A DNA stretch of 64,000 bases from a virus: IMG/VR virus record IMGVR_UViG_3300045808_000037; one strand, 5' to 3'. Position 1 is the first letter of the stretch. The number at the start of each line of letters is the position of its first letter. The notes under the pieces were generated by a model, which made no database searches, was not told where the DNA came from, and saw nothing but the letters and a program-made list of their open reading frames with translations. Positions 7,848-17,908 of this stretch are shown here, in pieces. The position numbers and the translations under genes are program-made.

Positions 7848-8897
7848 ATGCGAAAACTAGAAAACGTTCTTGTAACACATGTTTCATATGTAGATAAGGC
7901 AGCCAATAAGAAATCATTCTTTCTTACTAAATCTGCTGAAGATCTCAAACCTAATTTTGAAACCGAAGTTAAGTTGGTTACTAAATCGAATGATCCACAG
8001 AAGCTTGTATATGGTGTTGTTTATGAGCCTGATGTTGAAGACGTTCATGGGGATTTCATGGATGCTGAAACAATCGAGAAGGCTGCACATGGATTCATGG
8101 CGGATTATCAACAAATTGACAAACAGCACGATTTCACCACAAATGCTGGAAAAGTAGTAGAGAGTTATGTTGCCCCTGTTGATATGACTATCGGCGAAAC
8201 CACAATCACCAAAGGAACTTGGGTGCTTGTCACTAAAGCTACTGACGAAATGTGGGAGTCAATCCAGAAAGGGGATTTCACAGGCTACTCTTTAGCAGGA
8301 ACCGCTCAAGTGGAGGATGTCAAAAAGCAAACAGCTGATAATTTTAACAACAGCAAGACTTATCGGGATATTAATGCAGCTTTAGATGCTTTTCGATCTG
8401 CTTCATGGTCTATTTTAGATAATTACACAGCAAACGATGCTGACAAGATAGCTAGTATTCAATCTGAAATTAACGAGTTATCAACGCTGATCGGCACAAT
8501 AAATACAACTAAATCAGTTACCAAACAAGGACTAATCGAATCGGTTAAGTCCTTTTTTAGTACAAATAAATCCGAGGAGGATGAGGAAATGACGGAAGAA
8601 CAGTTAAAAAAAGCGCTCGGCGAAGCGCTCAAACCAGTAAACGATCGTTTATCAGCTTTGGAAAAAGGCGATAAATCAGATGAAAAACCAGAAACAGTTA
8701 ATTCGGAAGCTAGTGTTGAGTTAGATGCTGATGCTATTGCTAAGGCTGTATCAGAAGCCGTAGCACCTTTGAATGAGAAGATCGAGAATCTCGAAAAATC
8801 TCGAATCAGCAACAATGCTGAACAAAATTACACAGAAAAAGTTGAGAAATCGGTTGTACCATCTTATGTGGACGCTGCTTTCCCAATTTCTGAATAA
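7848..8897 (+). CDS. XkdF-like prohead protease with C-terminal scaffold region
   Basis: VSYVDKAAN, VYGVVYEPD..D.HGD, GYSLAG motifs; acidic coiled-coil C-terminus. Confidence 0.8.
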   Translation: MRKLENVLVTHVSYVDKAANKKSFFLTKSAEDLKPNFETEVKLVTKSNDPQKLVYGVVYEPDVEDVHGDFMDAETIEKAAHGFMADYQQIDKQHDFTTNAGKVVESYVAPVDMTIGETTITKGTWVLVTKATDEMWESIQKGDFTGYSLAGTAQVEDVKKQTADNFNNSKTYRDINAALDAFRSASWSILDNYTANDADKIASIQSEINELSTLIGTINTTKSVTKQGLIESVKSFFSTNKSEEDEEMTEEQLKKALGEALKPVNDRLSALEKGDKSDEKPETVNSEASVELDADAIAKAVSEAVAPLNEKIENLEKSRISNNAEQNYTEKVEKSVVPSYVDAAFPISE

Positions 8898-8911
8898 AGG
8901 GGGAAACACAA

Positions 8912-9850
8912 ATGACAAACGTTTTATCGAATGAAACATTGATCAAACAAATGAACGCAATCTTGAAAGCTGGTAACAATGTTACCTTACGTGAAGACAA
9001 TGCTCGAGCATTCTTCTTAGATGCAGTTGCAACTGCAGGAACTATCGGGAAAATATTTGTCCATTTTGCCAAATCAGGGACAGGATCTTTGGATAAATTA
9101 GGTGTTAAAAAGCGTACATTGAAAAAACATCTAGGTATTAACACTGAAGATACAGGCACGGATATCAAAGAAGAAGACACAGTACCTTTCTCTCTTGTCC
9201 CGGTTTACTTGGATACATGGATCGAGAACAGCAATACATTTTATACCGCTCGTACTCGTGGGCAAGATGTCCGTCAAGCGTTACTTTCACTAATGCAAGC
9301 TCAGTATGCAGCGGATTTGCAAGATCTAGCATTTAATGGGGATGAATCTTCATCTGATGCATTCGTGAAGTTAAATGATGGTTACATCAAAATGGCTAAA
9401 GCATCTGCTGAAGTAAAAGTAGTAGGTGCAAAATTGCCGACTATTCAAGAACTAACTGCTGCAACTGCTAGAATTGAACCGAAATATTTGCGTCAAGGAA
9501 CATTTAAGTTCTTTATGTCTCAAGCCACAGCAACAAACTATGTTGTTGAATTACAAAATCGAAATACTGCTTTGGGAGATGCAGTATTAGTGGACGGTGC
9601 CCTGCGCAATATCGGTGGATTCGGCGTCGAAGTTGTTGAGTCTATGGAAAACAATGTAATTCTGTTCACTCCTTATGAAAACCTCGCTGTTGTTTCTGGT
9701 TTGACTGTTACATTGACAACTGCTGCTCAAGACAGCCGTGCCGTTGCCAAACAGGCAACATATCATTTCATGCTTGATGATATTGACTTCATCATTCGTG
9801 AACCTAAAGCACTAGCTTACTTCGGTATTGATGCTACTCCAGAAGGATAA
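8912..9850 (+). CDS. Major capsid protein (XkdG-like)
   Basis: Position after protease; DLQDLAFNGD motif; 312 aa. Confidence 0.85.
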   Translation: MTNVLSNETLIKQMNAILKAGNNVTLREDNARAFFLDAVATAGTIGKIFVHFAKSGTGSLDKLGVKKRTLKKHLGINTEDTGTDIKEEDTVPFSLVPVYLDTWIENSNTFYTARTRGQDVRQALLSLMQAQYAADLQDLAFNGDESSSDAFVKLNDGYIKMAKASAEVKVVGAKLPTIQELTAATARIEPKYLRQGTFKFFMSQATATNYVVELQNRNTALGDAVLVDGALRNIGGFGVEVVESMENNVILFTPYENLAVVSGLTVTLTTAAQDSRAVAKQATYHFMLDDIDFIIREPKALAYFGIDATPEG

Positions 9851-9861
9851 GAAAGGGAACG

Positions 9862-10077
9862 GTGAAAAACATGGCAAAATACAACGTTTTAAAAAAATTC
9901 CGTGATAAAGAAACTAAAGAAGTTTATGAAGCAGGGACGGTCATTGATATGACCGTTAAACGTGCTGAAGAAGTTGCTGTAAATCTAGATGATTCTTTCT
10001 TAGAACGTGTTGAAGAAAAGAAAGATGACAAGAAAGCCGGCAAAGACGATCAGAAGGAAGACAAAAAAGAAAAGTAG
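9862..10077 (+). CDS. Small head-associated hypothetical protein
   Basis: YNVLKKFRDKET..VYEAG motif typical of genes following the capsid. Confidence 0.7.
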   Translation: MKNMAKYNVLKKFRDKETKEVYEAGTVIDMTVKRAEEVAVNLDDSFLERVEEKKDDKKAGKDDQKEDKKEK

Positions 10078-10494
10078 GTGAAGATCATGTCTGAACCTTA
10101 TGTTGATGAAGCCTTTTACAAGAATGATTACGAGGGAACTCCTGTTGATGATAAGGACTTTTCTCGTCTATCCAAAAGGGCTTCGGACATTATTGACTCT
10201 TTGACAGATTATCATGTACCTAAAATTGGTTTGGATAAGTTTTCTGAACATGTACAGCTACTGATTAAAAAAGCATGTTGTGCTCAAATAGAATACTATC
10301 AAGTCGAAGGTATAGATCTTGATGTTACAGGTAATACTTCGAGCGGTCAAAGCGCTTCTATTGGTGGGTTTAGCTATTCTGGCGCAACAACGTCAACTAG
10401 CAAGCAAGCCAATCGGGTCGCTCCGAGTTGTCTTTCATATTTAGAAGGAACCGGTCTTTTGAGAAAAAGGAGTGTGAGGATCGGTGTCATTTAA
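10078..10494 (+). CDS. Head-tail connector (A118 gp8-like)
   Basis: RASDIIDSLT, KKACCAQIEY, YLEGTGLL motifs and synteny. Confidence 0.75.
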   Translation: MKIMSEPYVDEAFYKNDYEGTPVDDKDFSRLSKRASDIIDSLTDYHVPKIGLDKFSEHVQLLIKKACCAQIEYYQVEGIDLDVTGNTSSGQSASIGGFSYSGATTSTSKQANRVAPSCLSYLEGTGLLRKRSVRIGVI

Positions 10495-10828
10495 ACCAAT
10501 ACCTAAACACCTGTTAATCCATGAGGTTATCTATCAGGCCCCAAAGCCTGATGATGATGGCTCAATGGGAAGTGGTGAACTACCTAACCCACAGAAGATT
10601 GAACATGTAAGGTTTACTCCTAAGCGAAAAAGAATTATAAAAACGGATAATACAGAGGTTTTGACTAACGGCATTTTGTACGTCGATGCTGTTAATTCAA
10701 AACCTTTTGTAAATCCTAGCGAGGACGGAACAATTACATTTCAAAACCGCAAACTAAAAATCGTTGAATGCTATGAGGTGTTCACTGACCAGTTAAATCC
10801 ACATCATATTGAGGTGATGTTGCAATGA
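10484..10828 (+). CDS. Head closure/minor capsid protein
   Basis: IPKHLLIH N-terminus, HHIEVML C-terminus, synteny. Confidence 0.7.
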   Translation: MSFKPIPKHLLIHEVIYQAPKPDDDGSMGSGELPNPQKIEHVRFTPKRKRIIKTDNTEVLTNGILYVDAVNSKPFVNPSEDGTITFQNRKLKIVECYEVFTDQLNPHHIEVMLQ

Positions 10829-11154
10829 GCGGGAGATTTGAAGGTAATTTCGATCGTATTGAGAGAGCTATCGAATCCGCTCTGAATCCGACATCAATCG
10901 CATTTGCTAAAGCGGCTAATCAGTATGTTAAGAAAGACACTGGGGCAACCGAAGCTAGTGTTTGGGTTGATAGTGATTTCCCAAAAGGAAAGCTGGTATG
11001 GGGTACAGAGTATGCTGGGTACGCATATTATAGGGGAACTCCATCTAAAAACCACAATCCTCAAGCATCTATACGGTGGGCTGAGGTTGCGAAAGCTCAA
11101 GATATGGATGAAGTACTGGATGTGGCAGAAAAAGCGATTAAGGAGGCTCTGTGA
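10825..11154 (+). CDS. Neck/minor capsid protein
   Basis: YVKKDTG, YAGYAYY, WAEVAK motifs and synteny. Confidence 0.7.
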   Translation: MSGRFEGNFDRIERAIESALNPTSIAFAKAANQYVKKDTGATEASVWVDSDFPKGKLVWGTEYAGYAYYRGTPSKNHNPQASIRWAEVAKAQDMDEVLDVAEKAIKEAL

Positions 11155-11588
11155 TGGATTTATTTGCACGAGTTGCTGATCACTTACGCTTATTAGGACT
11201 TGAAACACCAAGAGTAACAAGTACTGGGAAGCAAGTCATTCAAGAAGACAAACCTCCTCAGGACAATGAACGAGATTTATCTATACAAGGGATTGCATCC
11301 GGACAAGGACAGCAGGACTTGGCTAGAAACAGGCAAATTCCGTTCATGGTTCAAATCATTATCAAAAACACAAACCAATCACAAGCTTTTAACGATGCTT
11401 GGAAGATTGCAGATAGCTTTGATAAATTGCCAAGAAAAGAAAATGGCGAATGGGTCACACTTCGCTCGAGTGATGGCTCATTTTTGTTTGATTCGAGCGA
11501 AATTTACACGCAACCTAGAAATTTAGGAATTCAAGAACATGATGCATATCTTTATGTACTAACTGTTCGATTAAATATAAGTAAATAG
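11151..11588 (+). CDS. Tail terminator/minor capsid protein
   Basis: Synteny immediately before the tail tube gene. Confidence 0.7.
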   Translation: MMDLFARVADHLRLLGLETPRVTSTGKQVIQEDKPPQDNERDLSIQGIASGQGQQDLARNRQIPFMVQIIIKNTNQSQAFNDAWKIADSFDKLPRKENGEWVTLRSSDGSFLFDSSEIYTQPRNLGIQEHDAYLYVLTVRLNISK

Positions 11589-11599
11589 GAGGAAATTTC

Positions 11600-12106
11600 A
11601 TGAAAATGAATTTACAGTATTTTGCAGCTGGTGAAGGCTATTCACCTAACTGGATGAACAAATATGAAATCGGTGTAGCTGCAACGGTTGGTGAAAATGG
11701 AAAACTTGTGCCACCTACGACCGTTCACGAGCTAGCAGATGGTATTCAGGAAGCAACACCTTCCCAAGATGAATCATCTGAAACATATGAATATTACGGT
11801 GATAAGGGTGGATCAAACACCGATATCACACGTGTTACTGGTGTTTATGCTTTTACAGGTCATCGAAAATATGCCACTGATCCAGCGCAAGAATTTGTAC
11901 GCGATCGCTTAAATAAAGCTGGTCAAGATCGAATTGTATTCTTCCGTCATACTGAGCCAGACGGTCGGGTAATTCAAGGTAATGCAACTCTGTCAGGTAT
12001 TGTTCATACCGGCGGGGGACCTAACAACCGTGGTAACTTTGAAATGCAAGTATCTTTCAATGGTGTTCCAGAAGATACCAAACCAGATACAACCCCAGAA
12101 GGCTAG
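11600..12106 (+). CDS. Major tail (tube) protein
   Basis: Strong SD; FTGHRK...DPAQEF, GGGPN..GNFEMQVSFNG motifs; followed by a terminator. Confidence 0.82.
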   Translation: MKMNLQYFAAGEGYSPNWMNKYEIGVAATVGENGKLVPPTTVHELADGIQEATPSQDESSETYEYYGDKGGSNTDITRVTGVYAFTGHRKYATDPAQEFVRDRLNKAGQDRIVFFRHTEPDGRVIQGNATLSGIVHTGGGPNNRGNFEMQVSFNGVPEDTKPDTTPEG

Positions 12107-12130
12107 TCATTGTACTAGCCTTTTTCTTTT
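12099..12130 (+). terminator. Intrinsic terminator after the major tail gene
   Basis: AAGGCTAGT-CATTGT-ACTAGCCTT followed by a T run. Confidence 0.8.
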
Positions 12131-12155
12131 ACATAAAAATTAGGAGGAATTATAA

Positions 12156-12560
12156 ATGTCAAAAAATAATTTAATCGAAGTAGGTTTTAAAAAGCAGGTT
12201 CAACCAGTAAGAATTGCGGGTTTAGATTTCGGAATCAAAACAGGTAAGAAATATCGTGATCAGTATTTGTCAGAATTACCCAAAATGCTTGAATTTATTC
12301 AAAAGCAAGAAAAGGTTATCAAAACCGCTTCTGAATCAGGTGATTACGGAGCAGTCGTTGAAGCTAATGATAAAGTTGAGTCTGTTGTCAAAGACGTTAT
12401 TGATTTAGTGCTGGGTGAAGGATCGTTCGATAAACTGATGGATGCTGCAGATGATGAAATTGATTTGGTTGTCGGAGCATTCCTTGAAGTTGCTGACCAG
12501 TATAAAAAGCTTCAAACAAAACAAAAAGCACAATCCTATATCGACGGTAAAAAGAAATAG
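12156..12560 (+). CDS. Tail assembly chaperone
   Basis: Position between tube and tape measure genes. Confidence 0.7.
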   Translation: MSKNNLIEVGFKKQVQPVRIAGLDFGIKTGKKYRDQYLSELPKMLEFIQKQEKVIKTASESGDYGAVVEANDKVESVVKDVIDLVLGEGSFDKLMDAADDEIDLVVGAFLEVADQYKKLQTKQKAQSYIDGKKK

Positions 12561-12572
12561 AGGTGATGCTTT

Positions 12573-13268
12573 ATGGCATTATCTCTTGCTTGGGGTATTG
12601 ATGATTCGATCGTAATCAATGAAAACACTTATGAATTAAATCTAGAATTTTCTCGTGTTCTCCGATGGTACGAAATGTGGAAAGATCCCGAATTATCTAA
12701 AGAAGGAAAAGTACTATATTCCATTATCCTAATTTTATCCCATGATTGGGCGGAAGCACTTCCAGAAACGATCGAAGAACTAGCAGACATTATTCCACAG
12801 GATGATTTAATTCCATTATCAAACGCTATCATCAAAAGGATTGCTGGGGATCAATTCGAAAGCACAACAGTCAAACGTGACTTAAAAGGAAATATCTTAG
12901 AAGACGAGGAAAAGAAGTGGTATGAATTCGAACAGGATTCTGGCTACATCTATTCCTCTTTTTTGATGGATTATGGCATGGATTTGATGGTGGAAAGAAG
13001 CAAGGGAACACTGCATTGGGATAAGTTCAACCATTTATTGGCTGGTTTGTCTGAGAATACCAAGTTCAAAAATGTCATCAAGATTCGCATGATGGAATAC
13101 CCAGAAAAAGCCACACCAGATGAAATTGAAGAAATAAGAAAAGCAAAATTAGCGGTGGCTTTGAAAGAAGATCGAGCAAACTTGGAATTTGAAATGATGG
13201 ACCTTAAGCAAAAACGTGAATACATGTTGAAAAAACAAGAAGAAAGAGGTGAGGTGAAGGATGAATGA
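12573..13268 (+). CDS. Gp15-family tail chaperone (A118 gp15-like)
   Basis: DSGYIYSSFLMDYGMDL, LHWDKFNHLLAGLSENTKFKNVIKIR motifs. Confidence 0.8.
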   Translation: MALSLAWGIDDSIVINENTYELNLEFSRVLRWYEMWKDPELSKEGKVLYSIILILSHDWAEALPETIEELADIIPQDDLIPLSNAIIKRIAGDQFESTTVKRDLKGNILEDEEKKWYEFEQDSGYIYSSFLMDYGMDLMVERSKGTLHWDKFNHLLAGLSENTKFKNVIKIRMMEYPEKATPDEIEEIRKAKLAVALKEDRANLEFEMMDLKQKREYMLKKQEERGEVKDE

Positions 13269-16200
13269 TGGTTCCGTAATTATTGAAGTCGAATTTAATA
13301 CCGATAATGCAAGGAAACAGTACCAGGCTTTTGGTAATGAAGCTGCACAACAATTGGATAATAAAATCGGCAAATCTAAAGCCTTCAACTCACTGTCTGA
13401 ACAGTCCACAGAGTTTGCAAAAAAAGCTAGTTTGAGTATTTTGGCAGTAGGAACTGCAGTTGCTGGTTTTTCAATAAAAGCTGCAGCCGACATGCAAGCA
13501 ATGGATGCTCAATTTTCTCAAGTGTTCGGCAATTTAGAGAAGAACGCTCAAAGTAGCATTGATTCAATCTCGAAAGAAACCAATATCCTGCCTAATCGCT
13601 TGAAACCAGCCTTCACTTCTATGGCTGCATTTGCAAAAACGACCGGTATGGATACAGCTGACGCATTAGACTTAACTAGTCGAGCAACTAAAGCGGCTGC
13701 CGACAGCGCTGCTTTTTACGATAAATCAATTGGCGAAGTCTCCGAGAGCTTACAGTCGTATTTAAAAGGAAACTACGAAAACGATGCAGCACTTGGGATT
13801 TCATCCACTGAAACCACTCGAAATGCAGCTGCAAATAAGCTTTACGGCAAATCTTTTAACGACTTATCCGAAGCCCAGAAGCAGTTGACACTTTTACAAA
13901 TGGTTGAGGATGGTAACAAGTTATCAGGTGCATTAGGACAAGCTGCACGTGAAGGCGGTGGTCTTGAGAACGTTATCGGAAACATGAAACAAGCCATCAC
14001 GGATTTAGGGGCAGCTTTTGGTGCCCCGTTGCTTGATCCATTTCTTGCAATTGTTCAAAAAATTAGTGGAGCAATGGCAAAGCTAGCAGAAGTGTTTAGA
14101 GAAAATCCTGCGCTTGTATATGTTGTTGTAGGTGCAGTAACTACTTTAGCTGCAGCATTAGGAGCAGCATATCTCGCAGCAAACAATTTTGCGAAATTGA
14201 AAGCAATCATGTCAGGGGTCAAAGCCGGCTTTATGGCTCTAACAAGTCCAGTTTCACTAGTTGTTCTAGCTATAGGTGCATTGGTAACTGCATTTATCTA
14301 TTTTTACAACACAAGTGATACCTTTAGAGAAAAGGTTAATGGGGCGGTTAAGACCTTACAATCTTTTATGGCTCCTGTTGGAGATGTTATTGAAGGCATT
14401 AAGTTGCTGGCACAAGCTTTTAAAGCCATTGTTTTCAACGACTTCAGTGTAAGTCTTTCTGATTTACATGATCAGTTCGTCAAACTATTCCCTGAATCTC
14501 TGTGGAACGGTATGACACAGTTCGCACAAAGTACTAAAGGAATAGTACAAGGGATTTCAACTCTGGCGAAAGCTTTTAAAGCAATAGCGCTTGATGATTT
14601 CTCGGTAAGTGTAACCAATTTAAAAGCAGATTTTTTAGAGGTGTTTCCTGAAAGCTTATGGAACGGAATGACCAAAATCGCTTTAGGAATTCGCTCATTG
14701 ATTAACGGATTCAAAAGCGGTGAAAAATCAATAGATCCATTTGGAATTGCTCTAAAAATATTGCAGTCAGTTTTTCTTGGATTACTTGGACCTATAGGAT
14801 TGTTCATCAAAGCGTTTGAATTGATTGCAAAGGCTCTAGGAGGCGGGGACGTATCAAAAGGGATAGATAAAATTATCGATGCCTTTGATTCGCTTGCATC
14901 TGGGTTACAAAGCAACGGACCGAAAGTAGGAAGTTCTGCTGGAAAGGCAATTGAGGGCATTCTCACGGCTATTGCAAGTGCATTACCTGGTATTATCTCA
15001 GGAGGATTGCAAATAGTAGCTGCTATTGTATCTGGAATCGCACAAGGCTTACCTTCATTAGCAATGTCTGCCAGTCAACTAATTATAGCTTTCACAGCAG
15101 CTATGCTTATTCTAGTACCGCAAATTGCTTTATCAGCAACAGCAATCATTGTGGCTTTATTAGCAGCTTTAACAGCAGGACTGCCTCAAATTATTGTTGC
15201 CGGCGGATCGCTGATATTAGCGCTGTTAGAAGGAATTACACAGCAACTGCCAGCGTTGATCGAGTCTGCAGCAACTTTAATCGTTACTTGGCTGACTTCT
15301 CTTACATCGCACTTACCAGAAATTATAACTGCGGGTATGTCTTTATTGGTCGCAGTGATACAAGGGATAACCCAAAAATTACCCGATCTGATAATTGCTG
15401 TTGGGCAAATGATAGTAGCCTTTTTAACCGCACTCTCGTCTCAACTACCGCAAATAGTCATTGCTGGTGCCACCTTAATAGTTAATTTCATTAATGGGTT
15501 AGCTACTATGATGCCAAGTATTGTAGCTGCAGCAATAAATTTAGTTGTTCAGTTCCTTGGCGGAATCTCAGCTAACTTAGGAAGGGTAATAACCGCCGGT
15601 GTCAGTATAGTCGTTGCGGTTATCAACGGGATTGCAAATAATATCGGACGTATTATTGAAGCAGGTATGAATCTCGTAGATCAAACTGTTGCTGGAATTC
15701 TTAGGGCACAAGATAGATTGTTTCAAGCGGGAATAACTTTAGTTAATGGTCTAGCTGATAATATACGAGGAAATCAAGGAGCCATGAGCGATGCAGGGGC
15801 AAATCTACTTAATGCATTGATAGGAGCCTTGCCTGGTGGAGCACTTATCAATAATGGTATTGCGCTAGTTGACGGTTTGTTAAGTGGGCTTATGTCAGGC
15901 TTTGAAAATGTTAAAAGGACGGTTTCGGGTTGGGCAGATACAATCGCAAGTTTAAAAGGACCGATTCCATACGATAAAAAAGTATTAATAGAAAATGGGC
16001 TGGCTTTGGTATCAGGGCTTAGAGAAGGATTGTTGAATGGATTCTCAGAAGTAAAATCGAATGTCGCAACATGGGCAAACGAATTGCAAGAAGGAATCGA
16101 ATCTGAATTTGATTCAAACTATTTTAACGATTTAATCAAATCAATTCCAACTGAAATACCAGCGATGAACGCTTTGATGAATGGAGTACTTTCGCCAGAA

Positions 16201-16452
16201 TCAGTGTCTGGAGTCGGCAAATATTCCGATGCATCCAATAGAGCTGCCGAGTTATACAAAGGCAAAGGACTTGTATCAGGATCAAGTATTTCGGATGGCA
16301 CAGTGTTCCAAATTCCGATGTATGTTCAAATTGACGGCGAGACCATTGTGAAGAAAACAGCCAGAATGACTTATGAAGAGATTAAACAAATGCAGCAATT
16401 CGAAGATCGATTAAGAGGAGGGACAAACAGTGCTAGAAGTGACATATGGTGA
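13261..16452 (+). CDS. Tape measure protein
   Basis: 1063 aa, Ala/Ile-rich amphipathic repeats, MNDGSVIIEVE N-terminus. Confidence 0.9.
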   Translation: MNDGSVIIEVEFNTDNARKQYQAFGNEAAQQLDNKIGKSKAFNSLSEQSTEFAKKASLSILAVGTAVAGFSIKAAADMQAMDAQFSQVFGNLEKNAQSSIDSISKETNILPNRLKPAFTSMAAFAKTTGMDTADALDLTSRATKAAADSAAFYDKSIGEVSESLQSYLKGNYENDAALGISSTETTRNAAANKLYGKSFNDLSEAQKQLTLLQMVEDGNKLSGALGQAAREGGGLENVIGNMKQAITDLGAAFGAPLLDPFLAIVQKISGAMAKLAEVFRENPALVYVVVGAVTTLAAALGAAYLAANNFAKLKAIMSGVKAGFMALTSPVSLVVLAIGALVTAFIYFYNTSDTFREKVNGAVKTLQSFMAPVGDVIEGIKLLAQAFKAIVFNDFSVSLSDLHDQFVKLFPESLWNGMTQFAQSTKGIVQGISTLAKAFKAIALDDFSVSVTNLKADFLEVFPESLWNGMTKIALGIRSLINGFKSGEKSIDPFGIALKILQSVFLGLLGPIGLFIKAFELIAKALGGGDVSKGIDKIIDAFDSLASGLQSNGPKVGSSAGKAIEGILTAIASALPGIISGGLQIVAAIVSGIAQGLPSLAMSASQLIIAFTAAMLILVPQIALSATAIIVALLAALTAGLPQIIVAGGSLILALLEGITQQLPALIESAATLIVTWLTSLTSHLPEIITAGMSLLVAVIQGITQKLPDLIIAVGQMIVAFLTALSSQLPQIVIAGATLIVNFINGLATMMPSIVAAAINLVVQFLGGISANLGRVITAGVSIVVAVINGIANNIGRIIEAGMNLVDQTVAGILRAQDRLFQAGITLVNGLADNIRGNQGAMSDAGANLLNALIGALPGGALINNGIALVDGLLSGLMSGFENVKRTVSGWADTIASLKGPIPYDKKVLIENGLALVSGLREGLLNGFSEVKSNVATWANELQEGIESEFDSNYFNDLIKSIPTEIPAMNALMNGVLSPESVSGVGKYSDASNRAAELYKGKGLVSGSSISDGTVFQIPMYVQIDGETIVKKTARMTYEEIKQMQQFEDRLRGGTNSARSDIW

Positions 16453-17908
16453 TTTTAAACTTTCGGATATTTTGGGTGTTACATCAAAATTCGATCGTGG
16501 CATTGGGTTACCTCGTTCTAATTATCTAGAAGATGTGAACGGATTGGGCAAGATGTTCGTCCGTTCTAAGTTTGATGAAAAGGTAATTTCAATGCCATTC
16601 ATACTTAGGTACGATTTAAACAAAAAGCGCCGAGAACTTGCGGCTGCTCTAAGCAGTTTAACACCGCAAAAATTAATCTTTAGTGATGAACCTGACAAGT
16701 ATTACTTGGCCATTCCAAACAATTACGTAAACCTAGATGAAATTAATTTTTTGGGTAAGGGTACTATTGAATGGTTAATTCCTGACGGTGTGGCCCATGC
16801 TATTAATCCAAAGATTTATACTATGTCAGATGGGTTAGTGACTATTAATAATCAAGGGTCATATAAGACACCGATTAGGTGGGTTGTTGATTTTCCTAGT
16901 GACTGCGAGTCATTCGGTCTGGTTACAGAAGACAAGATCATGGAATTTGGCCACTCAGGTACTGAAGACATTGATGAAGACTTATCAAACACAGTTTTGT
17001 TCGATGATCCAATGAAATCATCCACTAGCGGACAGTATTCAAGGAACGTTGGTAAAATTCGCTGGCGTAATGATTCTGGAGAAAACTCTTCAAAAATTCA
17101 AGGATCGTTGAAATATGAAACCGATGCTATTACTGTTGATTCTTATGGACCATCTGGAAAAGATGATGCTTTCTGGCATGGTCCGACATTAACTAGGTTT
17201 TTTGATCCTTTTTCAGATGGCGAGGTGTATGTACGCTTCAATTTCAAGCCGAACGGTGCCACGAAAGACAAGGCCAAGAAACAAGGTATTATCGAGATAA
17301 ATTTTGTTGATGAAGATAATAATTTTGTTTGTGGATTCGAAATGAAAGATAACACTGATTCCAAATACAGGGTTGAATACAAATTTTATGCTGGGGAAGC
17401 TGAAATAAAAACAGGTACGTTACCCTCATCCGTATTGAATAATGGAGGGGGCTTTTTCGGAATGATTCGAATAAAAAAAGTTGGTAACAACTTCGATTTT
17501 TACTTAGCAAGATTAGTCAGTAATCCAAAAGGTGGTTTTACAGAATCGTGGAAAGCTACTCATAATTGGACCAATGAAGAAGTTGCAATGTTAATGCCTG
17601 CAAGAATCGATATGGCAATGCTGAATTGGCGAGACAAACAACCTATGTATCAGTCAATTACTCATTTAAGGGTTACACGATATGCAACACGCAACAATAG
17701 CTTAATACCCAAAACTTTTAATGCAGGTGATCAACTTATTATAGAAGAGTCGGGAAGACTACTATTGAATGGCATAGTTGCAAACGGCTTCTCGGTGATA
17801 GGTACCGACTATATACAAGCAGAGGTTGGATATAACGAGATCTTTTTTTCTTATGAGGGGGATCAATCACCAGTCGTCACCGCTACTATTGAGGAGTTGT
17901 ATCTATGA
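16430..17908 (+). CDS. Distal tail protein (Dit), evolved type with internal insertion
   Basis: LIFSDEPDKYYLA, GKGTIEWLIPDGVAH motifs; 492 aa. Confidence 0.82.
   Translation: MLEVTYGDFKLSDILGVTSKFDRGIGLPRSNYLEDVNGLGKMFVRSKFDEKVISMPFILRYDLNKKRRELAAALSSLTPQKLIFSDEPDKYYLAIPNNYVNLDEINFLGKGTIEWLIPDGVAHAINPKIYTMSDGLVTINNQGSYKTPIRWVVDFPSDCESFGLVTEDKIMEFGHSGTEDIDEDLSNTVLFDDPMKSSTSGQYSRNVGKIRWRNDSGENSSKIQGSLKYETDAITVDSYGPSGKDDAFWHGPTLTRFFDPFSDGEVYVRFNFKPNGATKDKAKKQGIIEINFVDEDNNFVCGFEMKDNTDSKYRVEYKFYAGEAEIKTGTLPSSVLNNGGGFFGMIRIKKVGNNFDFYLARLVSNPKGGFTESWKATHNWTNEEVAMLMPARIDMAMLNWRDKQPMYQSITHLRVTRYATRNNSLIPKTFNAGDQLIIEESGRLLLNGIVANGFSVIGTDYIQAEVGYNEIFFSYEGDQSPVVTATIEELYL

Noticed and set aside
12545-12575. 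Chaperone frameshift in prophage 1 (AAA AAG near the gene end)
   Set aside because: The downstream Gp15 gene is in the same frame behind two stops and has its own SD; neither shifted frame joins it
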